Below the pieces are notes generated by a model, which had not been told where the DNA came from, did no database searches, and saw only the letters and a list, made by a program, of their open reading frames with translations. The position numbers and the translations under genes are program-made. Shown here piece after piece: positions 8,297 to 16,678 of a DNA stretch of 20,000 bases; positions within the stretch are counted from its first letter, which is position 1; each line of letters begins with the position of its first letter. Source of the stretch: an uncultured virus (IMG/VR IMGVR_UViG_3300030099_006113) (Duplodnaviria; Heunggongvirae; Uroviricota; Caudoviricetes); IMG/VR virus record IMGVR_UViG_3300030099_006113, positions 48,174 through 68,173 of that record, one strand, 5' to 3'.

Positions 8297-8929
8297 ATGT
8301 CATTGACTCAAAAGTTACTAGCTAAGCACGGCGCTAAGATGTCCAACAAAGCACTGTCCGCTGCAACAACTGGCCAGCACAAGCCAGCGCCTCTTGACCA
8401 GTCTCGCCTGTCCATTGCCTTCGAATTCATTGAGGTGGTAGCCACCATCCAGGTGATGTTTGAGCGTCAAATGGCTCCCGCAGGGTCAGGTGAAGCCTGC
8501 AAGGAAGCATGGAAGGAAATCAAGCAGGCTCTTCGCAAGCCTAGCGGTGAACACGGCCGCTTTTGGCGCGAGATACACACAGCCTGCGACGCGCACGGCG
8601 TCGACTGGTTCGCAGACGGCGGCGCTGACGCTAAGCTGGCTGCGGTCCACTCCATCCGGGTATCACGCGGAGACGTTACGGAAGACGGTCGTGAGGCTCC
8701 GACCCCGGACATGGCGGACTTGCCCCAGGATCCCGAGCCGCGATGGATTGACTGTCCGGCACCGGACGTCACCGACGCCGTGCACGAGGACTACGACGAG
8801 GTCCAGGCTAACCGACTCAGCGAGGTCGGGGCGCACTTCGCCGCAGTTGCGGAGGATGTCGCGTCGTACGGACGCATGTGCAACGGGGTCTGGGTGATGG
8901 ATCACCTGGACACCGACCCGCTCCTCTAA
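8297..8929 (+). CDS. GC-rich orphan hypothetical protein, first early gene
   Basis: 210 aa, AAGGAAG RBS before ATG, basic N-terminus, acidic C-terminal half, followed by a terminator; no family recognised. Confidence 0.7.
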   Translation: MSLTQKLLAKHGAKMSNKALSAATTGQHKPAPLDQSRLSIAFEFIEVVATIQVMFERQMAPAGSGEACKEAWKEIKQALRKPSGEHGRFWREIHTACDAHGVDWFADGGADAKLAAVHSIRVSRGDVTEDGREAPTPDMADLPQDPEPRWIDCPAPDVTDAVHEDYDEVQANRLSEVGAHFAAVAEDVASYGRMCNGVWVMDHLDTDPLL

Positions 8930-8943
8930 GCTTCTTCCAACAT

Positions 8944-8983
8944 CCCCTGGCCCGCTATCGCGGGTTCGGGGGTTCCTTTTTTT
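8944..8983 (+). terminator. Rho-independent terminator
   Basis: CCCCTGGCCCGC-TATC-GCGGGTTCGGGG stem then TTCCTTTTTTT, just after the 8929 stop. Confidence 0.75.
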
Positions 8984-9186
8984 ATGTTCGCTCCTCTAAA
9001 AGAAAATAAAAAAAAGGAAATAAACAAAACGAACTAAAGCTCTTCGAGTTTTCGAAATAAAAAAAAGAAAACAAAAAAAACGAATTGCGTAAGTTCCTTC
9101 ATCGCTCGCTGCCCTCGCTGGGGAGCATTGGGGTCGTCGTGCGCTAAAACCTCTCATAGCGAAAAATCTTTACAGAAAGTAAATCC

Positions 9187-9552
9187 ATGAAAAGAAACGG
9201 CTCAATCAAGAACGCAGGAAGAGTCAGCAAGTGGCTCTACCAAGAGTTCAAGTCTCTCTATGAGGAAACGATTAACAGCTTAGTCCACGAAGCAAGGCGA
9301 AGCAGGTTTGTAGCTGACCGTTTGGTTGAGCGTGGATTTGCTGAAATAACAACAGATCACCCCTCTTCGCCAACAGTCAAAATAACCAACGAAGGCGTCA
9401 GGTACTGCATTACCAACTACGGTATAAAAGACTGCCCTTGCAGTCAGTGCCTGGACGTAAAAAACCTAAGCGGAGACCTGAACGTTGTTGGCTCGTTCTG
9501 GGACTGGGGAGTCATCGATGACTTCGGAGAAGTTTACCTCCGTAAAAAATGA
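9187..9552 (+). CDS. Hypothetical protein, possible winged-helix DNA-binding domain
   Basis: 121 aa; 'LVERGFAEI...VKITNEG' resembles a wHTH wing; CPCSQC cluster. Confidence 0.5.
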   Translation: MKRNGSIKNAGRVSKWLYQEFKSLYEETINSLVHEARRSRFVADRLVERGFAEITTDHPSSPTVKITNEGVRYCITNYGIKDCPCSQCLDVKNLSGDLNVVGSFWDWGVIDDFGEVYLRKK

Positions 9553-9564
9553 AAGGATAGAAAA

Positions 9565-9720
9565 ATGAACGATTATTACAAGAAGATGGGTTGGAACCAG
9601 AAACAAATCGAACAGCACATATCCATGATGAGCTCAATGCACAGCCATCAACTAGTCAGTGTTGTACCTCAGAAAGAACAAATAAATGAAAAAGAAAGGA
9701 GCAAGGAATTTAATGGATAA
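9565..9720 (+). CDS. Small hypothetical protein (51 aa)
   Basis: Not in track; AAGGA RBS, MNDYYKKMGWNQKQIEQHIS...EFNG*. Confidence 0.45.
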   Translation: MNDYYKKMGWNQKQIEQHISMMSSMHSHQLVSVVPQKEQINEKERSKEFNG

Positions 9721-9825
9721 ATTAAATCCCAAAAATATGTTTAAAGAAAATCTGCTAAAAAGGTTTCTAAAAATTATCTTGATGTAGTATCCTAAAAACA
9801 ACTTGAAGCAAAGAAGGAGGCGATT

Positions 9826-10086
9826 ATGCCTGAAGCAAACAAAGAAACTCTTAGAACTTCCTACCCAACCCATGATGTTTTTTCACTGGTGGACCATGCC
9901 ACTGGCACAAAATGGATTAACATTGGGGTTGCCTTTACGAACCGAGATAGCTCGTTGAACATCGTCCTTGATGTCCTGCCGATGCCCGGGAGTAGGGTAA
10001 ACGTTCGCAAGAAAGAACCTCGCTACAAAAACCCACCCCTCAAGGAACAAGCAGTTTCTTGCTCTGAAGATAGCGTTTTCTTCTAA
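9826..10086 (+). CDS. Small conserved phage protein, possibly ssDNA-binding beta-fold
   Basis: 86 aa, strong AAGGAGG RBS; 'WINIGVAFTNRDSSLNIVLDVLP' matches a W..IG.AF.N.D.S..I.LD.LP pattern I recognise from phage/bacterial hypotheticals; ends in acidic/FF tail as SSBs do. Confidence 0.6.
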   Translation: MPEANKETLRTSYPTHDVFSLVDHATGTKWINIGVAFTNRDSSLNIVLDVLPMPGSRVNVRKKEPRYKNPPLKEQAVSCSEDSVFF

Positions 10087-10132
10087 CGGTTGAAACACTG
10101 AGCAACAGGCGACAGCCTGCAGCAACCATTCA

Positions 10133-10166
10133 ACTGGGGCCCAGCAGACGCGGGCCCTAGTTTTTT
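10133..10166 (+). terminator. Rho-independent terminator
   Basis: ACTGGGGCCC...GGGCCCTAGT stem followed by T run. Confidence 0.7.
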
Positions 10167-10187
10167 ATCTATGAGGAGTTGGGAGCA

Positions 10188-10355
10188 ATGGAAGACAGTG
10201 AAGATCAGTCAAAAGCTTATGACAAAGCCTGTCTCTATCATGATCTATGCGTGGCCATTGAGCGTTTGATGCTTGTTCACGGAGTCTCACATTGGGACTT
10301 ACGTAAAGTAATTGACCTTGAGATGATGAAAGCTGAGGGAGTCACAGATGGCTAA
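10188..10355 (+). CDS. Small hypothetical protein (55 aa)
   Basis: Not in track; GAGGAG/GGGAG upstream, MEDSEDQSKAYDKACLYHDLCVAIERL...VTDG*, overlaps next start. Confidence 0.5.
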   Translation: MEDSEDQSKAYDKACLYHDLCVAIERLMLVHGVSHWDLRKVIDLEMMKAEGVTDG

Positions 10356-10593
10356 AGAAAGAGACTATATGCTGACATGGCAGCGCAATATGTCTTACGA
10401 AAAAAGCAGGCCACCTGAAGACCCAAAGGAAAAACAAGAAAGAATTGACTACTACAAATCCCGCATCGACAAAACTAAGTGTTGGGTTTGTCGCAAAAAA
10501 CTAAACAGCCAAGAAGCACAAAACACTTACAGGGAGACTCCTTACTGCAAGGAGCATCACCCCAGGACATGGCAGATAAAATGGGAGCAATGA
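10348..10593 (+). CDS. Hypothetical zinc-finger protein
   Basis: 81 aa, GGGAG RBS, CWVC...YCKEHH. Confidence 0.6.
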   Translation: MAKERDYMLTWQRNMSYEKSRPPEDPKEKQERIDYYKSRIDKTKCWVCRKKLNSQEAQNTYRETPYCKEHHPRTWQIKWEQ

Positions 10594-10739
10594 AAAACAT
10601 CTTAATAAAGATGCAGCAAGGAGAGTTACTTACTGTTCACGAGCGAGCGGTAGTAAATCAAGCCTACTTTACACCTTCAAACAGCGATGAGGAAAAGAAT
10701 GATAACTGTGTCGAAGAAAGTACCAGCGAAGCTGACTGA
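10590..10739 (+). CDS. Small hypothetical protein (49 aa)
   Basis: ATGA overlap with previous stop; MKNILIKMQQGELLTVHERA... Confidence 0.4.
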   Translation: MKNILIKMQQGELLTVHERAVVNQAYFTPSNSDEEKNDNCVEESTSEAD

Positions 10740-11058
10740 TTTAACTTTGGAAATAACAGCAGGTGGCATGAAAGATATTGTTGCGGTTCATATCGAACGA
10801 GCAGCAAGAATCATAAGATGTAAAAAAGATGCGATGGCTCAAGTAGATCCATCTAAAATAGAAAGTTATCCGGTCGAAGTATTTAATGCTGTCAAAGATC
10901 TTAAAAACTTTTTCACCGTAATCCTTGATGACGGCCTTTATAAGGCACCCGTCTTTGATGAGGAAGAGCTCTACTTGGCATTTCTGCTTTGTGGACATCT
11001 AGAACGCAGTCAGTTTGACTGGCTGCGCAAATTAGCCGCAGACCAAAACATGAACTGA
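10699..11058 (+). CDS. Hypothetical protein
   Basis: Open frame 10687-11058; GAGGA RBS favours the ATG at 10699. Confidence 0.6.
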   Translation: MITVSKKVPAKLTDLTLEITAGGMKDIVAVHIERAARIIRCKKDAMAQVDPSKIESYPVEVFNAVKDLKNFFTVILDDGLYKAPVFDEEELYLAFLLCGHLERSQFDWLRKLAADQNMN

Positions 11059-11071
11059 AGCGAGGAAAGAA

Positions 11072-11890
11072 ATGAGTAAGAAGGTACAAGAAATTGTAAC
11101 GAGCAAGATTATTGAGGCTCTTGAAGCGGGAGTGGCTCCATGGAGAAAGACATGGAAAACGGCAAGATCCAAGAACCTGATTAGCGGTCGTCCATATTCA
11201 GGTGCCAATGCCCTGCTTACTCATCCGATGGTTACAGGATTCAAGGAGCCATCCTTTGTAACCAAGAATCAAATCAAACAAATGGGCATGAAGGTTAAAG
11301 AGGGTGAGAGATACATTCCTATTATTTTTTATGGAACTGGTAAAAACAAAGAGACGGAAAAATCATTCCGTTTTCAAAGATTTTATCCTGTTTATAACGT
11401 TGAACAAATTGAAGGATTTGAGATCTCAGAACAGAAAGAAAACAGAGAAGAATGCATCAACAAGAATGCTGAAGAAATAATTGCAGAATGGGCAGGTAAA
11501 CTACCAATTAGGTATGGCAATCATAACCCATGCTACTCTCCAATGGTTGATACAATCTTTATGCCTGAAATAAAATCCTTTGAATCAGATGCTGAGTATT
11601 ACAGCACAATATTCCATGAGTTATCTCATGCGACTGGTCATGGATCTAGGCTTAACCGCGAAAGCGTTGCCTCACTAAAGAGGGACTCTCACAAGTATTC
11701 TGAAGAGGAACTTGTAGCAGAGTTAGGTAGTGCATTCCTCTGCCATTACACAGGCGTTGAAGGCGTATTCGACAACCAAGCGAGCTACTGTCAGAACTGG
11801 CTTTATGCCCTTAAGAATGACCGTAGCATTATCCTGCGAGCCGCAAGGCAAGCAGATAAATCTTTTAAACTAATAATTGGAGAATCTTAA
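11072..11890 (+). CDS. ardC: ArdC-like antirestriction protein (ssDNA-binding domain plus zincin-like metallopeptidase domain)
   Basis: 'IIEALEAGVAPWRKTW', 'NLISGRPYSGANALL', HExxH 'FHELSHATGH..RLNR', 'YSEEELVAELGSAFL', 'ASYCQNWL'. Confidence 0.92.
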   Translation: MSKKVQEIVTSKIIEALEAGVAPWRKTWKTARSKNLISGRPYSGANALLTHPMVTGFKEPSFVTKNQIKQMGMKVKEGERYIPIIFYGTGKNKETEKSFRFQRFYPVYNVEQIEGFEISEQKENREECINKNAEEIIAEWAGKLPIRYGNHNPCYSPMVDTIFMPEIKSFESDAEYYSTIFHELSHATGHGSRLNRESVASLKRDSHKYSEEELVAELGSAFLCHYTGVEGVFDNQASYCQNWLYALKNDRSIILRAARQADKSFKLIIGES

Positions 11891-11891
11891 A

Positions 11892-12161
11892 ATGGAAATT
11901 TCAACATGTCGTGTATGTGATGATGTTCTTGTCAAAGAAGACTACGAATGGATTGGGACATATACAACAATATGCAGAAACTGTTGGCATAAACCAGTAC
12001 TTGAAATGGAGCAGCAAATTAAACACTTAAAGCTACGCCTTTCTGAGGCAAGAAAAGACTTAAAAGAAGCAGAGAAAGAAAAAAGAAATGAGCGCAAAAA
12101 AGCAAGGAAAAAGCCAGTCCACAAGGACAAACAAAAGCAACCAATCTTACAGCGGGTTTGA
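11892..12161 (+). CDS. Hypothetical zinc-ribbon plus coiled-coil protein
   Basis: GGAGA RBS then ATG 11892; CRVC...CRNC, basic coiled-coil tail. Confidence 0.6.
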   Translation: MEISTCRVCDDVLVKEDYEWIGTYTTICRNCWHKPVLEMEQQIKHLKLRLSEARKDLKEAEKEKRNERKKARKKPVHKDKQKQPILQRV

Positions 12162-12448
12162 TGGATTCAGATGGGCTGAGCCATCACCAGAGGAGTTTTA
12201 CCATGTCGGTCCAGGACCTCTACACATTTCTCCGGAACTATCAGAGCGCCCTAGCCTTGCTGGTGGGATCACAGCAGGAGAACAAGTTCACAAAGAACAT
12301 AGACGAGGTGTGCAAAGTGTTAAGCGCATTGATGGTTCTTTACGGAAAACACACAAGCACAATGGAAGTGATAGACAAGCTTCATGACGATGCTCATGAG
12401 TTGTATTGTTCTAACTCTCAAGAACTTGATTACAGGGAAAGCACATGA
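12158..12448 (+). CDS. Hypothetical protein
   Basis: 96 aa, 4-nt overlaps with both neighbours; real start may be the ATG at 12203 after GAGGAG. Confidence 0.55.
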   Translation: MMDSDGLSHHQRSFTMSVQDLYTFLRNYQSALALLVGSQQENKFTKNIDEVCKVLSALMVLYGKHTSTMEVIDKLHDDAHELYCSNSQELDYREST

Positions 12449-13191
12449 GTAGATTTGAAATTAATTTACCAGATGAAAAGCTCCGCATAAAGCCACCTAG
12501 GTCAATCTATTACGGGCCACCCAAGATTGGTAAGTCTACATTTGCCAGCAAGTTTCCATCTCCCATTTTTATTCAAGCAGAAGATGGTGTGTCTGGCCTA
12601 AATGTTTCCAAGATACCAAGGACTCCTTTGGTTTCGTGGGATGAGCTCATGAAATGCTGTGATCAAGTACTTAAATCACCCCATGAAATGAAAACCTTGG
12701 TTGTAGATACTATCGACCGAGTTGAGCACTTATCTCGCCAGTGGGTTCTTAAGCATACATATTCAAATAACAAAAAAGACTTTATGGCTTACTTCAAAGG
12801 ACCAGTTGAAGCAGGTCAGAAGATATCCGAGCTACTCGCTTGTCTTGATCAGATCAGAGATGAGCGAGGAATGAATATCATTGTTCTTAGTCATGAAGGT
12901 CTGCACAAAGGGGCTGATGAGCTTGGCGAAGAGTTCAAGAAAACGGCCCCATCTGTTTCTCGCTATGCATGGGAGCAGCTACACAACTGGGCAGATCAAA
13001 TAGGCCACATCACGAATGACTTCAGAGTTGTTCAAGGTAAGGCACGTCAGGCCAACAAAGGCAGACACATTGTATTTTCGGGTCACCCAGGCAAAGAGGC
13101 CGGTACTCGAGCTGGCTATGAAATGCCAAAAGAAATCAAACTAAACTTTGAGGAATATCTCAAACACACAAAGGAGTACCTTGCATGCTAG
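12445..13191 (+). CDS. AAA_24 / Sak4-like phage ATPase (recombination)
   Basis: Walker A 'YGPPKIGKST', 'FIQAEDG', Walker B 'TLVVDTID', 'IIVLSH'; followed by an SSB-like gene as is usual for Sak4. Confidence 0.85.
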   Translation: MSRFEINLPDEKLRIKPPRSIYYGPPKIGKSTFASKFPSPIFIQAEDGVSGLNVSKIPRTPLVSWDELMKCCDQVLKSPHEMKTLVVDTIDRVEHLSRQWVLKHTYSNNKKDFMAYFKGPVEAGQKISELLACLDQIRDERGMNIIVLSHEGLHKGADELGEEFKKTAPSVSRYAWEQLHNWADQIGHITNDFRVVQGKARQANKGRHIVFSGHPGKEAGTRAGYEMPKEIKLNFEEYLKHTKEYLAC

Positions 13192-13673
13192 TACAACCAC
13201 CAGAAGGTATGTCAAAAGCAAAACAAATGAACACCCGTTTTCAGCCTGGAGTTTACCTTTACGAGGTACAGCAGGCAGATCTTGAGTGGGATATTAACGG
13301 TGATAACACTTGGCATGAAGACAGCACTATTGAGGACAGCTCAATGAAAGAAGGTGCTCGTCGCCGAGTTGTTCTTACTATCTCCCTTTCTAATCCAGAT
13401 AATACTGAACCATTCACAAATAAGGTTTGGTGTTATTTTGAATCTCATAACCGATGGAAGCATGATTCTTTATGCTCCTCGCAGGGCAAAGACCCTGATG
13501 AGCCAATGCAGTACAAGGATGAATTTGGGGACATTGTTCTTGAGCATGGCCTTGTAAGCATGAAGAAAGATGGATCTTATCTTGACGTTCAACGATTTAT
13601 CAAGAAAGACCAGGAAGCTATTGATGCAATGGTAGAGTCAATCGAGGAAGCTAGACAAACAATCCCATTCTGA
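13185..13673 (+). CDS. Putative single-stranded DNA-binding protein
   Basis: 162 aa, acidic, 'PGVYLYEV' N-terminal strand, ends 'IPF', immediately after the Sak4-like gene; AAGGAG RBS. Confidence 0.6.
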   Translation: MLVQPPEGMSKAKQMNTRFQPGVYLYEVQQADLEWDINGDNTWHEDSTIEDSSMKEGARRRVVLTISLSNPDNTEPFTNKVWCYFESHNRWKHDSLCSSQGKDPDEPMQYKDEFGDIVLEHGLVSMKKDGSYLDVQRFIKKDQEAIDAMVESIEEARQTIPF

Positions 13674-13681
13674 GGTGAGCA

Positions 13682-14122
13682 ATGGTAAGAATCACAAAGT
13701 CTCAAATTGATAAGCTAAGAAAAGGCGTGCAGATGATCATTGATATTCTTGATGAGCTAGATGCTATGCCTGCAAAGAATCGCTTTCGACAAGATGCTTT
13801 TGAGGTTCTTTCCTACTATCAAAAAGTTCACCCCAGGAAGGGCCGTAACGTTGTTGCTGGTCACCCATCATTCAAGCTCATCATTGCAAGACTAAAAGAC
13901 GGGTTCTCTGTCTCGGAATTGAACAAAGCAATTGATGGCAACTTGAAAGATGAGTGGCACAGCAGCAACCCTGGCGGCCATGGTCTTACCTACGTATTTA
14001 GAAACCAAGAAAAAGTAGAACGATTCATTGAAGTAGCGGGTGGTAAAACACCAAACAAAAAAGGAAACCATGCAGGCAGCAAGGAGTTTAAGCATGGCAA
14101 GCAAAGACTTGACTTCGATTAG
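13682..14122 (+). CDS. Putative replication initiator (conserved phage C-terminal-type domain)
   Basis: 'IIARLKDGFSVSELNKAID...W...LTYVFR...ERF' pattern; directly upstream of a DnaC-like ATPase; GAGGTG RBS. Confidence 0.65.
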   Translation: MVRITKSQIDKLRKGVQMIIDILDELDAMPAKNRFRQDAFEVLSYYQKVHPRKGRNVVAGHPSFKLIIARLKDGFSVSELNKAIDGNLKDEWHSSNPGGHGLTYVFRNQEKVERFIEVAGGKTPNKKGNHAGSKEFKHGKQRLDFD

Positions 14123-14807
14123 TGAGCAAGTGATGAGCGCCTATGAGCGTCTCAAGAACGATGGAAGAATTGAGATTGTAGATGAATCAAAGTTTGAAAT
14201 GGATCTTGAAAGTGTTTCTAAGTTTGACTTGCTTTCATCTCAGGGTTTACCAAAAAGACTTTTGAAGAATCTTCATTCATCTTTTCAGTCTACCTATGCA
14301 ACTAAAAGTGTTGATGAGTTTCATGGATCTGATGATAACGCCTGGTGTCTTGTTTTGTCTGGAGACAAAGGTTGCGGCAAAAGCACCGCAGCAGCTTATT
14401 GGCTGTACAGCATCCTAACCTACCCTCGAACAGAGTATGACAAAAGAAGAGTCACCACCAAGACTCGCCGATGGTACTCCTCTTCTCGTATACAAAGAAT
14501 CTCTGATTACAAAGAGAATGGATCTGAGCTCGAGAAATTGTTTGTTGTCCCTCATCTGGTTATTGATGATCTTGGAGTGGAGTACCTTGATGCCAAAGGA
14601 TACACCCAGAAGAGATTTGATGAGATCCTTGATGAGCGATACAGCAACTTTCGCAAGACCCTAATTACCACTAACCTGAATGCAAGAGACTTCAGGGATA
14701 GATATGGAACCCGGATCTTTGATAGAATCAGGGAGGGACTTTCAAGCGGGGGAGCATTTGTCGAAATCGGAGAAAAATCTTACAGGGCAGAAAAGAATGG
14801 TAAGTGA
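14094..14807 (+). CDS. DnaC/IstB-like helicase loader ATPase
   Basis: Walker A 'GDKGCGKS', Walker B 'LVIDDLGVE', 'ILDERY', 'TLITTNL', 'YGTRIFDRI'; AAGGAG RBS favours ATG 14094. Confidence 0.88.
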   Translation: MASKDLTSISEQVMSAYERLKNDGRIEIVDESKFEMDLESVSKFDLLSSQGLPKRLLKNLHSSFQSTYATKSVDEFHGSDDNAWCLVLSGDKGCGKSTAAAYWLYSILTYPRTEYDKRRVTTKTRRWYSSSRIQRISDYKENGSELEKLFVVPHLVIDDLGVEYLDAKGYTQKRFDEILDERYSNFRKTLITTNLNARDFRDRYGTRIFDRIREGLSSGGAFVEIGEKSYRAEKNGK

Positions 14808-14897
14808 GTTTAGACTGCCTGGAGATAAAACGTGGATGAAGGCCATATCCAAATGGCCAATGAGCAGGGAAGAACAGGAAGCGAGGCTAAGGAGAAC

Positions 14898-15293
14898 ATG
14901 GGGAAGCTCAGTAGAAATAAGGGTGCCAGGTTCGAAAGATTCGTTGCCAACAAACTCAAAAGAGTCTTCGGGGAAAACACCACAAGAAGCTCAGGCCAGT
15001 GCTTTAGTGGGGACACAAGGGCCGATGTCGACTGCCCAGAAATCTGGGTCGAGTGCAAAGTTGGCAAAAGGCCAAACATCAAAGCAGCGCTTGAACAAGC
15101 AGAAGAAGCTGCCGGAAGTTCCGGGTCAGAGAAAACTGCTGTAGCAATATGCAAATGGGATAGAGGGGAACCAATAGCCTCAATGAGATTGGATGATTTT
15201 ATAGATATACTTTGTCGTGCTTACTTGGGGGGAAACAATGGAAGCATGGGAACTAGCATATGTGAACAAGAGGATGTCAATTCCAGTAGCTAA
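14898..15293 (+). CDS. Hjc-like Holliday junction resolvase (PD-(D/E)XK nuclease)
   Basis: 'SRNKGARFER', 'ADV', 'WVECK'; AAGGAG RBS before ATG 14898. Confidence 0.8.
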   Translation: MGKLSRNKGARFERFVANKLKRVFGENTTRSSGQCFSGDTRADVDCPEIWVECKVGKRPNIKAALEQAEEAAGSSGSEKTAVAICKWDRGEPIASMRLDDFIDILCRAYLGGNNGSMGTSICEQEDVNSSS

Positions 15294-15546
15294 AGAAAAG
15301 CATTCTGGATGTAGCTCAATAACAATTACCCAGTTTGGGAAAACAAAAGAAGAAGCTGAAGATAGATATATATCCACTGTAGACGAAACAAAGAGACTGT
15401 CTGAACCTTGTTATGAAAAAATAAGTAAAGGCTACTCTGTAAAGTGGAAAGAAAAAGCGTGTTTAGAACCAAAAACAACTTGGACATGGAAAAAATCAAG
15501 CAGAAGATATGAGCTATCTAAAAACAAAAACAAGCATGAGGAATAA
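15238..15546 (+). CDS. Hypothetical protein
   Basis: Open frame 15217-15546; G-rich RBS before ATG 15238. Confidence 0.5.
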   Translation: MEAWELAYVNKRMSIPVAKEKHSGCSSITITQFGKTKEEAEDRYISTVDETKRLSEPCYEKISKGYSVKWKEKACLEPKTTWTWKKSSRRYELSKNKNKHEE

Positions 15547-15549
15547 AAA

Positions 15550-16044
15550 ATGGAACAAGAAGAACAACAGGTACATCAATTACCACCAAGAAAGCCTAGT
15601 TACTCAGAGATTGCAATCATGTGGTGGTTCCACCCAATCAACGCTATTGTTTATCTTATTATTTTTACCACGGGCATTCTTACTACTGGGGCGTTTAGCT
15701 ATGCCGTTGGTCTTGAGAGGGATGCACTTCGTAATATCCTTGGTGAAGATCTGGCTATCTCACATAAAGAAGTTCTTTACAGGGGATTTGGTTATAGGAT
15801 TGTTAGGGAAAGAGACACGCCAGGGCAAATCTATAGCCCAGGTGAAGTGCTCGTCAATCTCGAATCTAGAGAGTCAGTTAAAAGAGTTCGAGAAGATGAA
15901 AGGTTTGACCGTTCGGCACGAGTTGGGGCAGTTAAAGCTGAGGCCGAACGCTACTCCGCTAGAGACAGATACACAGAAAGATATGTCAATCATCTTAGCG
16001 ACGAGGACGCTGAGACGCTCTCTGAAATAGGTTTAATTGATTAA
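15550..16044 (+). CDS. Hypothetical membrane-anchored protein
   Basis: 164 aa, GAGGA RBS, hydrophobic segment 'INAIVYLIIFTTGILTTGAFSYAVGL'. Confidence 0.65.
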   Translation: MEQEEQQVHQLPPRKPSYSEIAIMWWFHPINAIVYLIIFTTGILTTGAFSYAVGLERDALRNILGEDLAISHKEVLYRGFGYRIVRERDTPGQIYSPGEVLVNLESRESVKRVREDERFDRSARVGAVKAEAERYSARDRYTERYVNHLSDEDAETLSEIGLID

Positions 16045-16051
16045 ATAAATT

Positions 16052-16240
16052 GTCCGGGCAAGTCTTTCCAGGTTCATGCCCCGGCTGCGGTTCCAAGTCA
16101 GGATTAAATGTTTATGGGCCCCGGGAGCCTGCTTAACCAGCCGCACTCACGATTTAACGAGGGGTGGACCTTTCCTTACCCGCCCCTTGTAGGTCTCGTC
16201 AGGCAATTTTTTGTCATGTTGTTTTTTGCCTGGCGAGGCC
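16052..16240 (+). ncRNA. Candidate four-hairpin small RNA / structured 3' region between convergent operons
   Basis: Stems 16054-16084, 16086-16145, 16157-16190, 16192-16240; wobble pairs are G-T on the plus strand. Confidence 0.45.
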
Positions 16241-16294
16241 GCTTAAACTAAAGCACACATGTAAATTCCACATATGAAATACAAGCCAACCATT

Positions 16295-16678
16295 TTATGT
16301 TCCAAAGATTAAAACATCACAGTCAACAGCAGCACTATTCGCAACAAGAGCAAGATTGTTTGCCACTGTGAAGTCTGTGATAATTAAAAATCCTCCAGCA
16401 TGAACTCTTATCACATTGTCATTCGTGCTGTTTCCTGCACTTCTGAATGTTGCTGTAACGTAATTTGTTGAGTCATTGTTTTTAACGACGACTGCTGTTG
16501 CCGAGGAAAGATGGCTTGTCGTTACTGTAGTTCCTCCAGTATTTGCCTGCACTTCCATGTGCATAAACTCATCTGGTGTTACTGCATATTCTGCTGGATT
16601 AAATGAGACCTTTGGTGACTTGTAAGTAGAAAAGGTAGAGTAGGTGCCTTCTAGCTCTAGCTTTGCGTAGTCTGCCAT
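16295..16678 (-). CDS. Hypothetical (probably virion structural) protein
   Basis: 127 aa, AGGAG RBS, beta-rich T/N/V composition, last gene of the late operon. Confidence 0.6.
   Translation of the reverse strand: MADYAKLELEGTYSTFSTYKSPKVSFNPAEYAVTPDEFMHMEVQANTGGTTVTTSHLSSATAVVVKNNDSTNYVTATFRSAGNSTNDNVIRVHAGGFLIITDFTVANNLALVANSAAVDCDVLIFGT

Noticed and set aside
8460..8905. Alternative-frame ORFs within 8297-8929
   Set aside because: Shadows of a GC-rich gene; only the 8297 frame has an RBS and natural composition.
13682..14122. Lambda O-type iterons in the initiator gene
   Set aside because: No clear tandem direct repeats seen by eye.
14094..14807. IS21 element (IstB-like ATPase)
   Set aside because: No IstA transposase or terminal inverted repeats; context is a phage initiator-loader pair.
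14680..15154. ORFs 14680-15144 (+) and 14810-15154 (-)
   Set aside because: Overlap the motif-supported DnaC-like and resolvase genes; low-complexity translations.
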